This document shows, one piece after another, positions 35,420 to 50,845 of a stretch of 64,000 nt of DNA. Position numbers and translations under genes: made by a program. Under the pieces are notes generated by a model. The model worked only from the letters and a program-made list of their open reading frames with translations, did not search any database and was not told the DNA's origin. Origin of the DNA: Octopus sinensis (taxonomy: Eukaryota); contig NC_042999.1 in NCBI RefSeq assembly GCF_006345805.1, positions 47,368,001 to 47,432,000 of the forward strand. The letters are read 5' to 3'. Within the stretch, counting starts at the first letter, position 1. Every line of letters begins with the position of its first letter.

Positions 35420-38400
35420 TATTCACACGGCTCCCTGAATGTACACCACTCGTGCAACACGCTTCCATCTCTTTTGGAACGTACACTTCGACAGACATCT
35501 CTTCTCCAGCCACACCTTACTTTCCAAATGAAAAGTAAAAAAATGATCGTAAATTGTGGCCAGAGATAAAGTTGCCTGTCTTAATCCCTTTTATCCTAGT
35601 CGTCCATACTGCCTCTTTCACTATTGATACAACCGTGAGAAAAAATTCTTACCTTCGTTTGTTAAAACTCCCAGTGGGTCAAGTTTTATAATTGACTCAG
35701 TCGACAGCTGTACTCTTCCTTCGCCAGACAACACGTAGTCAGCATAAGCCCACATTTCAGAAACAGGCGAGGCACCTCTGTAGCATTGCCATGCTAAGGA
35801 CTTTTGGAAATTGTCCAACCTTCTCAACCCGAATGTATGGTGAAATAAGCTGTCTACTTGAATAAACCCGAGACCTATAGCCGCCCCTAGACCATCGTCG
35901 CATTCCGACACTACCAACCCACTATATAAAATCTGTGTAGAATCCCCACCGCTAGCGTTGCCGGAGCACCGGAATAGTAAGAGGGCCTTGCGGCACTCTT
36001 TATGCCATTCACTCGACTTCGATCTGCGAGAACACCAGGCTCCCTATTCACAAAAGCATTTGAAGTCTAAGAACATTTGTCTGGCCAGCGGAGACCACAC
36101 CCGTTCACTATCCAGGAGAATCCAGGTGTGCCTTAACCTCAACGCATGCCTGCGCATCATTAACCAAGGCATCCCTAAACCTCCCTTTAAAAGCTTTTGA
36201 CCGCAGACAGCGTTTCACTAGTGGCGGCTTGCCCTTCTACAAAAAGCGAAAGAGCTGTCTCTTCAACCTGATCAACCAAGAATCCGGACAGAGCACAACA
36301 GCTAGGCTGTAGGTAATGACCGATGTGATAAACACATTGGCCACCTCCTCCCTCCCTTTCAGGGATAGCCACCGCCAAGACCAATACTTGACTACTGCAG
36401 CCACCCTGCTCAATACCTCCGTCAAGGCTTCTCTATCTGGAGGCCTAGTCCAAACCAAACTCCCAGCAACTTAACCGGTCATTCCGTCCAGCGCTCAACA
36501 ACGCAGTCTGAAGGCATCGACTTGGCAACCCAAGTGCCGAGCTGCAAGCCGACCGACTTTTCCCGGTTAATCTTTGCTTCTGCCACCTCCTCATAAGCCT
36601 CAATCATCTTACCCACTTCATGTAGTCGTGCTACCTAGGTTACGCTGATAGTGATATCATCCACGTAAGCCATAACAAACTCCTCTAGACCTGGTTCTCT
36701 CGGGATGCCACTCAAGCTTCGCAGTTGGGGCTAGAGAGCTACCAAATACAAAAGTGGTGAGAGCGGACATCCTTGACGAACCGACCATCTGATGCAGAAC
36801 GGCTTCCAAAGGAAACCGTTCAGCCGAACAATTGAGTCGATGTTTTGGTACAAAGCGATAAACTACCTGAAGAAGCCAACGCCCGGGCCAAACAACGCAA
36901 GTACAGTAACAAGGTATCGATGGTCAACCCTACCCAAAGCTTTAGATTGTTCCAAATGTACCAATGCCCCACCTTTGCGAGATTTATTACCAACCCTCTC
37001 TATGGCATATCGGATACGGTGGAAATTATCCTGATTGGTTCTGCCTGGGATGGCACATGTCTGTGCCTCCCCGACCATACCATTCGCGACACACACCAAA
37101 GTTTTTGCTAAGACCTTGGCCAAAATCTTCACTTCTGCGTTTAACAGAGTGATGGGCCTGAAATTCTCTCTAATGTCCCCCTTGTCCGGGTCCTTTCTGA
37201 CCAACGTCACTACTCCCCGGCGCACAGATCTGGTGATAAGCCAATTATGTTGTCAGTTTGCGTACACGTCAGCCAGTAGATGCCCGAACAAGTCTGGCAT
37301 ACATTTATACAGCTCGTACGGAAGACCATCAAGTCCCGTTTTACATTCGGCCAAAGCCTCCATTAATTCCACAGGCGTGATTGTCCCTTAAGACTCCGCA
37401 TCCGACACCGAGAGGCACGGCAGCCCGACAAGAAATTACTCGAGGGCTCTCCCAACATCAAGGCCGCCGCCACCCCCGACCAGCTGAGCGAAATACTCCC
37501 GAAAGGCTTCACACATTTTCTCAGGTTCGTTTACTAAGACACTATTTTCATTCATAAAAGTCCGAGTAGTGGAACTATTTCCTTGACGAGCTTCCACCAC
37601 TCGGGCCTATCCAGCGGCCTTGATTCCTTCAATTTCCATGACAAGTAACTAGGTTCTCGAAATACTTCCCATGTGTTGGGCTTCAATATGCTGGTTTAAC
37701 TCCAGACTTTTCCCTCTCGCTTGGTCCGCATTACCAGTCCTCCAGGCTTCTTCTAGTTCCTTAACTAAACCATCTTCTATTCTATGACCCTTCTTAGCTA
37801 AACGTACGCTAAACATAATAGACTCATATTTGATGGCTCTTTTTAGGGCGTACCACCATTTGTTATTAATGATGGTACCTGTTAATGCCCTCTGTATTAA
37901 CATCTTGATCCGATTTCTGTACTCCTCAATCGCCAAAAGGGACATATTGATTTTCCAGTAGCCAGATGCCTGCAACCAATCTACTGTCAGTTTACAGGTA
38001 AGCACCTTGAGGTTAATGCAACTGACTAGAAAAAATTATGGACACTTGGCTATGGACTTATCTGTTTCTCTAAGTAAAATCCTCTCTAGATATGTTCTAG
38101 AAGACCCGTCACTATTTGACCACGTCCGCTGTGGAGTGTTCGGGTGTTCCAACCTATATGGATCAGCTAGCTGAAAGTGACGTAGCAGATCCCGTAAGCC
38201 CGGGTTACATTTTCTGTCCATGTTCGAGCCAACACAATCTGTGTGTGCGTCACATATTGTGTTAAAGTCTCCTATCAATACTAGCGAATGTGGCGTGGCC
38301 AAGAACTTGCCCAGATCACGAAAATATTCACTTTGCGGACCCATAAATAGCGACTAGCCAGAGTATCATGCCACAACAGAATGTCAGGTCAAGAACGACC

Positions 38401-38670
38401 AACCTGCCTTCTGTGTCAGAAAAAAACAACTTTTTCTCGGCTACCCAGTTTCTTTTTAGTAGGACCAATACCCCACCCCATCTCCCACTCGACTCGGAGA
38501 AACGTATTTCTCATAGTCGTTCAAGAGGGGGAGCAGATCTTGGCCCCTTTATCCGGGTTTCTCTTACAACAATCACATCCAATTTTCTTGACCAGATGTC
38601 ATTTAGGAAGCGACCTTGCTTCCAGCTAGACATCAGGTCACGAACATTTACACAACTAATGTGAATAGAC
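35420..38670 (-). pseudogene. Tx1 ORF2 (APE endonuclease + reverse transcriptase), many stops and frameshifts
   Basis: APE motifs VNVRDL, LIGDFN, TWSNSDGSSRTYLERI and GYWKINMSLL. RT motifs ENFRPITLLNAEVKILAKVLA, VRQGCPLSPLLY and AYVDD. Downstream WSWRWLSLKGR. Confidence 0.88.
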
Positions 38671-38849
38671 ATAACTTACCTGTTTATCTGGGGTGTCCAG
38701 TGGAAAAAGACACTCCACCTTTTCTTGACACAGGGTCAAAAGTGGCACGTTTTTGAAAATAGATTGATTAAAATCCAGTCTTATTACCGATACGTACTTT
38801 CTATAAGTATTTAATAAAATATTATGAGTCTGCTTATCCATTTCATATT

Positions 38850-39923
38850 GTTCCTAATTTTTATATTTGTCCGAAAGTCCTGCTATCCTGGTGGCTGATT
38901 TTTTGTTTTTATCTCTCTCATGAAATCATCATTTTTGTTATGTAGTGTCACAATCCCTCTCTCCGCTACTTCTTTCTTTGATATTTTTGGTTGGACACTT
39001 TTTGCTGTCGTGGTTCTTCTGGTTTTGGTTGGTTTTCATTTTTCATTTTTCTTTTGCTAGTAACATTCTTTTCTTCTGTTTGTTTTTCCTTCTCTTCCTC
39101 TTCATCTTCAGATTCCTCCTCGCCTTCCTTACAGTATTTTTTTATATGGCCCACATGGCCATACTGAAAACATTGGGGTTTACGACCCTCGACAAAAACG
39201 TTGAGGAACTCCTCCCCAACTTCTGTTTTTTTTCTGGAAGCTGTTCAAATACAGCCTGTTCTGTTTGAACAGGTGGACCGTGTGGCCGGTTCAATTTGCC
39301 TTTTCTGAAACGGTAGCCTGAAGTATTGTTACCTCATCTACTGTTTTTGCCAGAACTGGTGCCATCAACCACATAGGATCGACTTGAGGTGGAACCTTTG
39401 GTATTCGTATTTTGGATGTCCTCATACCCATGTATATTGGCATTCAAATCACGTCTTCTGTTTCCCAGGATTTTACCTTGTGCAATTGTGCAGTTTCAAT
39501 CTTTTTTAGGCGTACCTCGATGGTATCAAACTTTTTTCCTCTGGCTAGATATGTTATATCCTGTGCGTTAAACATTTTTCTACCTTCTCGCTTACTCGCT
39601 CGATTTTTCTTTCTTATGGGTTGTATGTTTTAAATGTAATTGCTTTTTTACTTCTCTGTCAATAAAAGCTTTTCTGGGGGTTGAACCTTGACAAAGCCGT
39701 CTTGAATTATTATCATGTCCTTTTAGATTAAATCGTCACTTTTCTTCGTCGACAGTTGGCGAGTTCTATCTCCAGCTGCAGACACAAAACTTTTTTTCTG
39801 TTTACCCTCCTCCGCTTCAAGTCCTTTCACTTCGACAGTCTTCCTTGCAACGGCAGTCCTCGAAAGTTGTGGGAATTCGCTCTCAGAAGAATCCGAAAAA
39901 TCTTCCAATAATACTTTTTCCAC
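38850..39923 (-). pseudogene. Tx1 ORF1 (gag-like, zinc knuckle), disrupted
   Basis: Degenerate CCHC knuckle CFQYGHVGHIKKYC near 39130-39175 followed by an acidic/basic low-complexity tail. Lies upstream of the APE domain. Confidence 0.7.
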
Positions 39924-41766
39924 TTTTTGGGTCAGATTTAGAAATCTGTCAAATCCTCGTCAGATGAATACAGACTTTTTGGCATCTTGCCAGCAATTAG
40001 CTTGCCCCCTACATGGAAAAACACACAATAGTTTTCGAACAAAAACTATTATACAAATTCTAACAGAAACAGCAAATATAACAAGTAACAACACGGAACC
40101 AGTCAACAGAAACTACACTTACCATACAGACGCACTTCGGCAACAATAACAACACTTCCAATTCAAACAAACGAAATCCCGCTAAGTGTTTCGCCCGGCG
40201 TGCTAACAATTTTACCAGCACGATCAAAATAGTGATGATGTTAACAAATCCTTAATAGTAACATTCTATTATATTGTGAATAAATAAAATAATAAATGTA
40301 TTGTGAAAGGATCTAGATGATGCATTCACCCTTAATGCTGTTGGTTTATTTTCTACCTTCAGAAATGACAATAAACATGAATACAAGAATGATTTCAAAT
40401 CGTAACTACATAATAATTATATTATTAAAATTTAATCGGCTTTCATTAATTATCTTGCTACGATAAAATTAATTTCATTTAGACACACACCGTATAAATA
40501 TCTAAAGATTTTGTCATAAATATTGTACTGACGATAATATATAACAAGTTTATAAAGGTTGATCCAACAACTATCTCTAACCATTTGGGTCATGGCTTAA
40601 ACAAAATACTCACAGATTATGAAGGATTCCCGGAAAATTGCCCAAAGAATATTCTGGGATAGATTGTGACTTCTTGGAAAGCTATTGGTATGAATAGGTG
40701 TTTTTCTTGTTGACTGGTTACACTGCACAAACGCATAATATATCTATTCCAAGAAAAAAAAGAAAAAAACAACGAACCTGCATCGAATATGAACTAATAG
40801 TTCAATATGTTATCCCATCGGTACTTCATAATTTTTTCTTGAAATACTTTTATGGGTAAATTAAATAAGTCGGTGTTCTAAATTGATATCATGATACTTG
40901 TAGAGTTAGTAATCTAATGTTTGCATCAGTTCTGCTTTCAGTATTAGGTCGGATCTAATATCTAACTGCAAATACATAATATGCATAGAATCTGTATTAA
41001 ATTGAAAAGTTTACTTAAATGAAATTAACGATTTCTGTTATTAGCATGTGTCTGAAGCGAATAATGTCGTTAGACACTTAAGCTTGCAAAGATTATCTGC
41101 TACGCAGTTGATGAGCCGTTGCAACTAACAGAAAGTGTTCATTCGAATTTTGATGCATGTTATTTATTCTGTCGGTAGTGATTATCATGACTGCAGAGAA
41201 TATTCGTTAAATCTTTAATTGCTATCGGTCCGAATATTTAATTCATAGGGTGGAATCGCACTTCTAAAAAGCTATTCACGTGTCGAGTTACTAGTCCTCG
41301 GTTAATGAGGCTACTTCTTACATTTATAAATATGCAACTCTGATACGCAAATAGCTGGATTTCTTATGCACTTTCTCAAGTGACAATATAAAGAAAAATT
41401 TCTGGTACTTGTAATAATCTGTAGCTTTCAGATTTTTTTTTAATACTCTTTTACTTCACAACATGGATAGCGGCAGTTTATTTTGGATTTGATTCACTCA
41501 GAATCTTGTACGAAGCGCCTCTTTCAGAATTGTTTTTTAAACAATAGACAAAGACAAATATACATATAATTCTGATGTGTGTAGAATACATGTATGTTTC
41601 AAGAGCAATTGCGTATAACATCTGATGATTTGGACAAGATTAACACATATTTTAGATAAAATATATACATCAATCGAATTTGTTTGTGATCAGTATCCTT
41701 GCAGATGGATATTTCTGTACATTATTTTCATTTGACGGATATTTGTCCTCATCTTGTTTGTTGTTG

Positions 41767-41810
41767 AAACAACTATTCGGCTGATATACAATCCAGCCTT
41801 CATCAGGTGT
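41767..41810 (-). ncRNA. Degenerate minimal hammerhead ribozyme (Penelope pseudo-LTR remnant)
   Basis: Minus strand ACAC-CTGATGA-A-GGCTG GATTGTATAT CAGCC-GAAT-AG-TT-GTTT. Core and stem II are intact, GAAA is mutated to GAAT, stem I is imperfect. Confidence 0.55.
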
Positions 41811-41827
41811 CTTGGGGGAAATTTCGA

Positions 41828-41888
<61 letters not shown>

Positions 41889-42319
41889 GAGTGAGAGAGT
41901 AGTGCATGCCATCAAAGTGACACCGGGATAAAATATACGAAGCCCAGCATACCCGTCTGATAGGGGCACACCAGGCACATGCATCACAACCATATGTGCA
42001 CGACATGATGATCTCATATCAAGATAAACAGTGCATGACCTTGCAGGTGGGGCCCAGTAAGAATTTTTTTTCTGGTCGAGTAGCCCATCCAGCTCAAAAG
42101 GTCCCCGAATAAGGATTGTTTAATGATGTTGAACGAAACACCGATGTTTCCACAGGTGTATTATCCAAACCTTCAAGAATTACTTTCAACACAAGGCTAT
42201 GATGCTCCTCCACTACTTCTGCTCGTGATCAGAGATGCACATATCGTCAGCCACTAAGGGACATGCTCAACTGGTTAAGGACAAACAACTGATAATAATC
42301 TGTGGTATTATTATTATTA

Positions 42320-42393
<74 letters not shown>

Positions 42394-42810
42394 GAGTGAG
42401 AGAGTAGTGCATGCCATCAAAGTGACACCGGGATAAAATATACGAAGCCCAGCATACCCGTCTGATAGGGGCACACCAGGCACATGCATCACAACCATAT
42501 GTGCACGACATGATGATCTCATATCAAGATAAACAGTGCATGACCTTGCAGGTGGGGCCCAGTAAGAATTTTTTTTCTGGTCGAGTAGCCCATCCAGCTC
42601 AAAAGGTCCCCGAATAAGGATTGTTTAATGATGTTGAACGAAACACCGATGTTTCCACAGGTGTATTATCCAAACCTTCAAGAATTACTTTCAACACAAG
42701 GCTATGATGCTCCTCCACTACTTCTGCTCGTGATCAGAGATGCACATATCGTCAGCCAATCAGGGGACATGCTCAACTGGTTAAGGACAAACAACTGATA
42801 ATAATCTGTG

Positions 42811-42813
<3 letters not shown>
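41889..42813 (-). repeat. Tandem pair of near-identical, identically truncated family D retroposons separated by (ATT)n
   Basis: 41889-42307 and 42394-42813 (period ~505 bp) differ at only a few bases. (ATT)n occurs before, between and after the copies. Confidence 0.93.
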
Positions 42814-42895
<82 letters not shown>

Positions 42896-43213
42896 TATTA
42901 TTCAGATCAGAAATGCAGGATATCTTAGAGTGTAATAGTCACTAAGTTACAAATATGCGTGCAATATCATTTAGTGATTTATTACTTGGCCTTATTCGGG
43001 AACCAGCAGTTAATCAGTGTGGCGACATTATCTACTTTATGAGTAGAAAACCATTTTAAGAAAGCAGCTTTCACAAAAGTATATGCGTACTTTTATGCTT
43101 TTGCATCTGAAGATTATCAAAGATTTTGCAGTAAAGGCTTTCAACGGACTGAACGGTTTTACTTATTTATCAAATACGTAAAATGATGGTGATGTCACAA
43201 CACCGCAAACACT

Positions 43214-43555
43214 TTGTTGTTGAGACCCCCTTCGGTCATGACTGACCGTGTGATTGCACCTAGAAAGTTACCCTCCCAGGTACAAGTGAGGGCAACGTTG
43301 TTTATGGAAGACCAGCGGCCGCCCATGCATACCGGCCTCCCCTCTCCATGTCACTAGTGTGATCCAAGGGAAAGGCAACAGCAGATACAGCTTGGCACCT
43401 CTGACGTCGCAACTCATTTCTACAGCTGGGTTTACTGGAGCAACGTGAAATAAACTGTCTTGTCTAAGAATACAACACGCTGCCCGGTCAGGGATTCGAA
43501 CTCACAACCTCACGATCGTAAGCTCGACGCTCTAACCACGGAGCCATGCGCCTTC
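43214..43555 (-). mobile_element. tRNA-derived SINE (family E-related head, different tail) with 14-bp TSD
   Basis: Head GAAGGCGCATGGCTCCGTGGTTAGAGCG...GAGTTCGAATCCC and a (CAA)n tail. Perfect TSD ACACCGCAAACACT at 43200-43213 and 43556-43569. Confidence 0.92.
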
Positions 43556-44137
43556 ACACCGCAAACACTAACCCACAAAATATATTCACATATGTATATA
43601 TTTATCAGTATATGTGTAGGCAAGCATATACATAGACACCCGCAAGCACACTTGTTTAGATGTCTGTATGTATGTATATATACATAGAAATATACACGCA
43701 TGATTAGGATATGGTATTTAGTATGCTGGCCACTGATAAATCATCAAAAATGAATTTATCCTAATTACGTATAAAAATATATATTAATTCACTCCTATAA
43801 CATATTGACTGCAGAAATATTCTGAGTAAAAAAACACATGGTTCAAATAGACGCTTGGATTTAAATTCGTGAATAAGTGCAAAAAGCCTGTACATTATTT
43901 GCACTTATGACGGTATGTATAAAGTATTGACGTTAAGTATGCTACCACTGATGATCGGAAAATGTCTTTAACAACTAAAACCATATAGATATGGCACTAT
44001 CCAAATTATTTTATAAATCCTCGCTGACAATTTTCTTCGCTTACTTTCTTGTGTAGTGGAGTAATAATCCATTTGAGGGTCTATTTCTAGCAGACTGTTG
44101 TTGTAATTCAAGACCCATATTATGATTTTAATAGATA

Positions 44138-44570
44138 CTCTTCTCCTCTTTTACTTGTTTCAGTCACTTTGACTGCGGCCATGCTGGAGCACCGCCTTTA
44201 ATCGAGCATCTTGACCCCGGGACTTATTCTTTTGTAAGCCCAGTACTTATTCTATCGGTCTCTTTTGCCGAACCGCTAAGTAACGCGGACGTAAATACAC
44301 CAGCATAGGTTGTCAAGCAATGCTAGGGGGACAAACACAGACACACACACGCATATATATATATACATATATATGCGTGTGTGTGTGTATATATATACAT
44401 ATATACGACGGACTTCTTTCAGTTTCCGTCTACCAAATCCACTCACAAGGCTTTGGTCGGCCCGAGGCTATAGTAGAAGACACTTGCCCAAGGCGCCACA
44501 CAGTGGGACTGAACCCGGAACCATGTGGTTGGTAAACAAGCTACTTACCACACAGCCACTCCTGCGCCTA
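44138..44570 (-). mobile_element. SINE family C, full length, with internal microsatellite
   Basis: Colinear with 29891-30347. A box TGGCTGTGTGG and B box GGTTCAGTCCC on the minus strand. Confidence 0.92.
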
Positions 44571-44583
44571 TACATATATATAG

Positions 44584-45562
<979 letters not shown>

Positions 45563-46331
45563 TATATATATATATATATATATATGCATATATATGCATG
45601 TGTGCCTTCGTCTTTTGTTTATTTTCATAAAGCTTCCCGTTATATATATATATATATACACAGATGTATGTGTATGCATACATGTGTATAGTTATATATA
45701 TATATGTGCGTGAGGTTTCATATATATATATTTTCCCTGTAAGTTTGGATTTACTCCCTAATATTATTATTATATGTATATATATACATTCCCATACACT
45801 TACACACATACATAATTGTATAGTTCTACATATATAAACCCACACATATATGCATATGGATATATATATCTATATATTCGCGCGCGCACACACACACCGA
45901 CACACATTCACGCACACACACATATATAAACAGACATACTTAGAGAAGTGTATAAGTATATGGATAAATATTTGCGTATGTGTAGCAAATTAGAGAAAGC
46001 TTTTTATATCACATTTCTTATTGGTGACTTCATGATATATTAATAGAAATCTCTATAGAAATTTAATAATTTTATTGGCACATTTTACTGAATATTTCTC
46101 TTCAGAGTTGATATATTTTTAGCAATAATTAAATATATAGGCTATAAACGGATTTTCATACGTGTTGTGTGTAACTGGAGTTTTGTTTTTTTATCTATTC
46201 TTCTTTCAATAAACAATGATTTATGATTTTGTACATATAAGCAAACAAATAGGCCAGAAGTACTTTCGAAAGTCAGCCATGACAAAATCTAAGTAATCTA
46301 CGAATATTATCATATTAAATATATTTCAGTA

Positions 46332-46377
<46 letters not shown>

Positions 46378-48431
46378 ATCTACACACAGATATATTCTCG
46401 CTAAGTCTCATGAATTTTAAATAATTTTCGTAGGTGTGAAGCGTAGGCATGCAATTAAATTCTTTTTACGTAAGTGAAATCTCAAGATATTCATAATACA
46501 TTATAAGTTGTCTCTGGTGGTTCGACAGATATTTTTCAGACATTAAAATTGTTACTTTAACATCATTGTTTTTATTTTCTCACGCATATTTCATTTAATA
46601 ATTTTATTTCCCATTTGGATGCATTACATTATGGTATTTCCCCCACTAAACTTAGAACGTCTTACCAAAGATCGTATTTCGACTTTCATCTCCGCCTACA
46701 CTACTCTACTTGTTTTTACTAGTTAGGTTAAAACAAAAACCACGGAACTCTTCTCTCAAGATTAACAAAACGAATAATTCATCTAAATATAAGCTTTCGA
46801 ATATTTTTATAAATCACAATATCGGAGTGTCAAGATACATATACAAAAATTAAAACGAAACTCATCTATTATCTTCTACACTGAATGTTGCCTTTTATAT
46901 CTCACCTTTTCACCGACAACCTTATGTTTTCAATTACAAATCTACCATTCTCGTTCTTGTTTCTATTTTCTCTCGTCTTATCTCTTTCCTCTCATAGATT
47001 TTGTTCTTTCTTCATCCACCTCTGTTATGTTCCCTGCTTAAACTTTCGTTTTTATTTGAACATTTACCTTTATCATGCCACACTTTTTTGTTACTAACAG
47101 CTTATCATTTCACTATTATTTTTTCTCTCACAAAGATAAGCGTGCTATCAGAATAAGAAGGGAAAGGGAAGACGCATCAAAAACTATTGTTCCTAATTCT
47201 TAAGTTTGAACTTATTTTAGATAAGCACACACACACACATACAAAATTATGATTGATTCTTTAAATTCTTTGACTCATAATAATTCATGTGTAATAAGAA
47301 TAATTTCCAAGTAGTAAATTTTACTTTGTAATCCAAAATACAACTTCAGTGTCACAGAAAAATCTTTTATCTTCGATAGGAGAACTGAGTAACATAGTTA
47401 ACGTTCTTAGATTATCTATTACATATTATAGAAAAAATAATTAAACCAGCGTAGAATAAGTAAGTGGTCTCATCAGAAATTCTACAAATACCAGCAGTAG
47501 TACTGGACAAAGAAATCATAACGTAGTCCAAAATTTCATCTCAAAATATATTCAGCTATTTAATGTTTATATGGCCCGTATTAGCGAGTATGACTTTAAA
47601 CTGCATAATGTAGTTGGGTCCCTGGTTTTGGCATTCCATATTGCATTAATATATATATATATATATTTCCAGTAATCATGAATTGAGTGTTTAGCGTTCA
47701 ACTAAGTGATTATTCGAAAATAAACTCTTGTTGTTTACCAGTAAAGAAAAATATGGAGAAGAATCTGTCAATACATTATAATCTGACCCGAAAGTATGAC
47801 CCACGGAATTAGATATTTCTTTCGAAGAACTTATTTAAAACTATGAAAAATTCAGTAAAATTTAGAATGATGTTTAGAAATGTATGTTTGCTGAACTACA
47901 AAGTGTGGCCGCAGTTAGAATATATTTTTTGTTAATATGTAAAGCCTGCCGTACCTTAGTTATTTCAATTTTAAACGTTCTTAGCAATGTCCGTATGTTC
48001 ATTGAAATCAGATTCTATAAAATTTATTTCCCTTAGTTAATTTCATTTATTATTTGCAAATTATAATTATCAAATGATTTTTCTTGTATTTTCTTATAGC
48101 GTGACCCATCTGATGAACCATGTTTCATGCATTTCGCTTCTGTAACAATGTAAACAGAATCTTGTCCACCATTGTTCCTTACAGGCAATGAAATATCGCA
48201 GTTTGCCCTCAATACGTATTTAAATTAAGCTTAAGAAATTATTTCGAGAATATTTTCTTCATTCTTTTTCAAGAGTAGTTAACATATTGGCTTATTTTCT
48301 TTTTAATTTTCAATATCAGAGAAATTTGAAATTCGAACATTTTTTCCCTTTGGCATTCAGTAAATATCTTCTAGCTTAAATATCCAAATGCATATTATTG
48401 GCCTGTCAGATTTATTTCACTTATAATCATA

Positions 48432-48477
<46 letters not shown>

Positions 48478-48511
48478 ATCTATCTATCTATCTATATATA
48501 TATATATATAT

Positions 48512-48545
<34 letters not shown>

Positions 48546-48553
48546 ATATCTAA

Positions 48554-48593
<40 letters not shown>

Positions 48594-49197
48594 ATAATTA
48601 TACACACACATACACACACACATATATATATTAATATATGATATATGAATGAAAATGCGTGATCTATGCGTATGTTTATGTATGTGTGTGCTTCCTCGAA
48701 TGTGTATGTCTGCACTGATATATAGGAATGCATTTATAAATTTAAAGATGCTAACAAGGCTAGAAAATTTAATCGCTAATTTTGGTTTTCAAAAAGCTTT
48801 GTGACAGACTGCTCTTCCTGAAGAACTTATAATGAACCAAGAAAAACAAACATCAAAGATTAATGAACTCTATTTCAATGCAGGTATCAAATTTTTCAAA
48901 GATAATAAACATAAAAGCAAGAAATATCTAAAATAACCAAAACAGAATTTAGAGAGCGTACAGGAATAAAAGAAGTCATATTATTTTGTTATTTAGAATT
49001 CACACGTTATTATTATCTTAGCATTATAGAATTCCTCCTGCAACTGCTGACCATTTTGAAACTTAAATTTATAGCAAATGTTATGATACGCATCAGCTAA
49101 TATTTCAAGACGTTCTTGGCGACATCAACGCATTGTAATGGTCGTCAGTAGCGATATTTACCACGCTTTGCATTCGGCACTAAAAGGATCATGAGAA

Positions 49198-49476
49198 ATG
49201 CAATGTAACTAAGAAAATAGTTAATGCCTTACTTAAGATTGTTTAAAGATCTCTCTCTTTTTATGTGTGCATGTTCGATTTCTAAAATCTTATATGTAAG
49301 GTTTTTCATCACTAATGAAAAGGGACATCATGCAATGTAACTAAGAAAATAGTTAACGCCTTACTTAAGATTGTTTAAAGATATCTCTCTTTTTATGTGT
49401 GCATGGTCGATTTCTAAAATCTTATATGTAAGATTTTTCATAAGTATCCACTAATACACTAATGAAAAGGGACATC
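49198..49476. repeat. Local tandem duplication, ~132-bp unit
   Basis: ATGCAATGTAACTAAGAAAATAG...GAAAAGGGACATC starts at 49198 and again at 49330. The second unit has 15 extra bp. Confidence 0.92.
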
Positions 49477-49878
49477 TATACACCAATAAACGCATACACT
49501 TATTCATAGATAAATGTAAGTATACTGAAGAATGAAAAAGTCTGAATATATTAGGTGCGTTATAAAGTATCCAACGCTACTTTTTCCCGCTAAAATTCAT
49601 GCTGCATGGGCTAAGTCCTTTGGATGGGAGATGATGCTACCCATCTTTGGAGTGCTCAGCCACTTGCACGCTAATTTTACGTTGATCGGATCAACCGGAG
49701 CTCTCGTCGTCGTAATCAACGGAGTGCCACGACGAATCCTCTGCAAATCTTGCGGATTAATACATAGAAATGTTTACATCCCCTATAGATACATACATAA
49801 ATACGCACACATAGAAATACTCTTGCATGTGCGCACACGCATATATATGTATATATATGTATATTTATGTATATATAT

Positions 49879-49939
<61 letters not shown>

Positions 49940-49956
49940 GTATATATATGTATATA

Positions 49957-49987
<31 letters not shown>

Positions 49988-49988
49988 G

Positions 49989-50021
<33 letters not shown>

Positions 50022-50845
50022 TGTATGTATATATATATATATGATATATATATATATATATAGATATATATATATATATATTATATATATATATATTATA
50101 TATATAGATAGATATATATATGTAACTTGTGTGTGTTATATAGATAGATAGTCTCGACGTCAATTCCTGAACCTATTTAAATGTGCCAGAGCTAGATATT
50201 CTTTCAAATTTCCCACGCTTGACATAGTGGAAAATCGATAGTTTGATAGCAGGGGTAAGAAGGGATTGTACTAGCACTATTCTGTACTCATCTTTAAGCT
50301 GAGTTTTCAGGATCATCATGAAATGATGTGCATTGCCCAAAGGGACAACGTGCAGCTCATTTTCGGAATCGACTCTAGGACCTTGTGATCGTAACTTCAA
50401 TAACTTCATTACTAGCAGTTTGCGTTCACACATGCATAAGCACATTCATATACGCGCACGCACACACAGGCACGCACACACACACACACACGCACATGTA
50501 CACGCAAGCACACGCAAGCACACAAGAAGAACATGCACATACATAAAGATTGCTTTGGTGCGATGCATTTGAGGTCCTCCATTTCCATTTTTGAATGTTT
50601 CACTTTTCTTTGATGAACAAGGGCAATACTATAAGGTAGACATAGTTCTATCACATAACTCTTAGCACATGTCTAATTATCCTAAATTATTACATGCATC
50701 TGCTACAGTATCTAAATGTACTTTTACCCTATATTCATAAGATATTTATTATTTTGCCGTGAGAGACAATGTGCTTTCTGCATATATTTTTCTTTTCTTT
50801 GCAGCTGTATATACATAATTTCCATATTATACATTATAAAAATAC

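Larger units (their letters stand above)
35188..40167 (-). mobile_element. Apparently full-length (~5 kb) decayed Tx1/L1-clade non-LTR retrotransposon with ~13-bp TSD
   Basis: ORF1 and ORF2 (APE + RT) remnants are in the expected order. The 3' end reads GCAATAAAGAAATT on the minus strand. TSD CAGACGAAATACC (35175-35187) versus CAAACGAAATCCC (40168-40180). Confidence 0.92.

Noticed and set aside
49550-49745. Possible mariner-like fragment (FGWEMML)
   Set aside because: Too short and no matching second TIR. Probably a repeat remnant, but it cannot be classified by eye.
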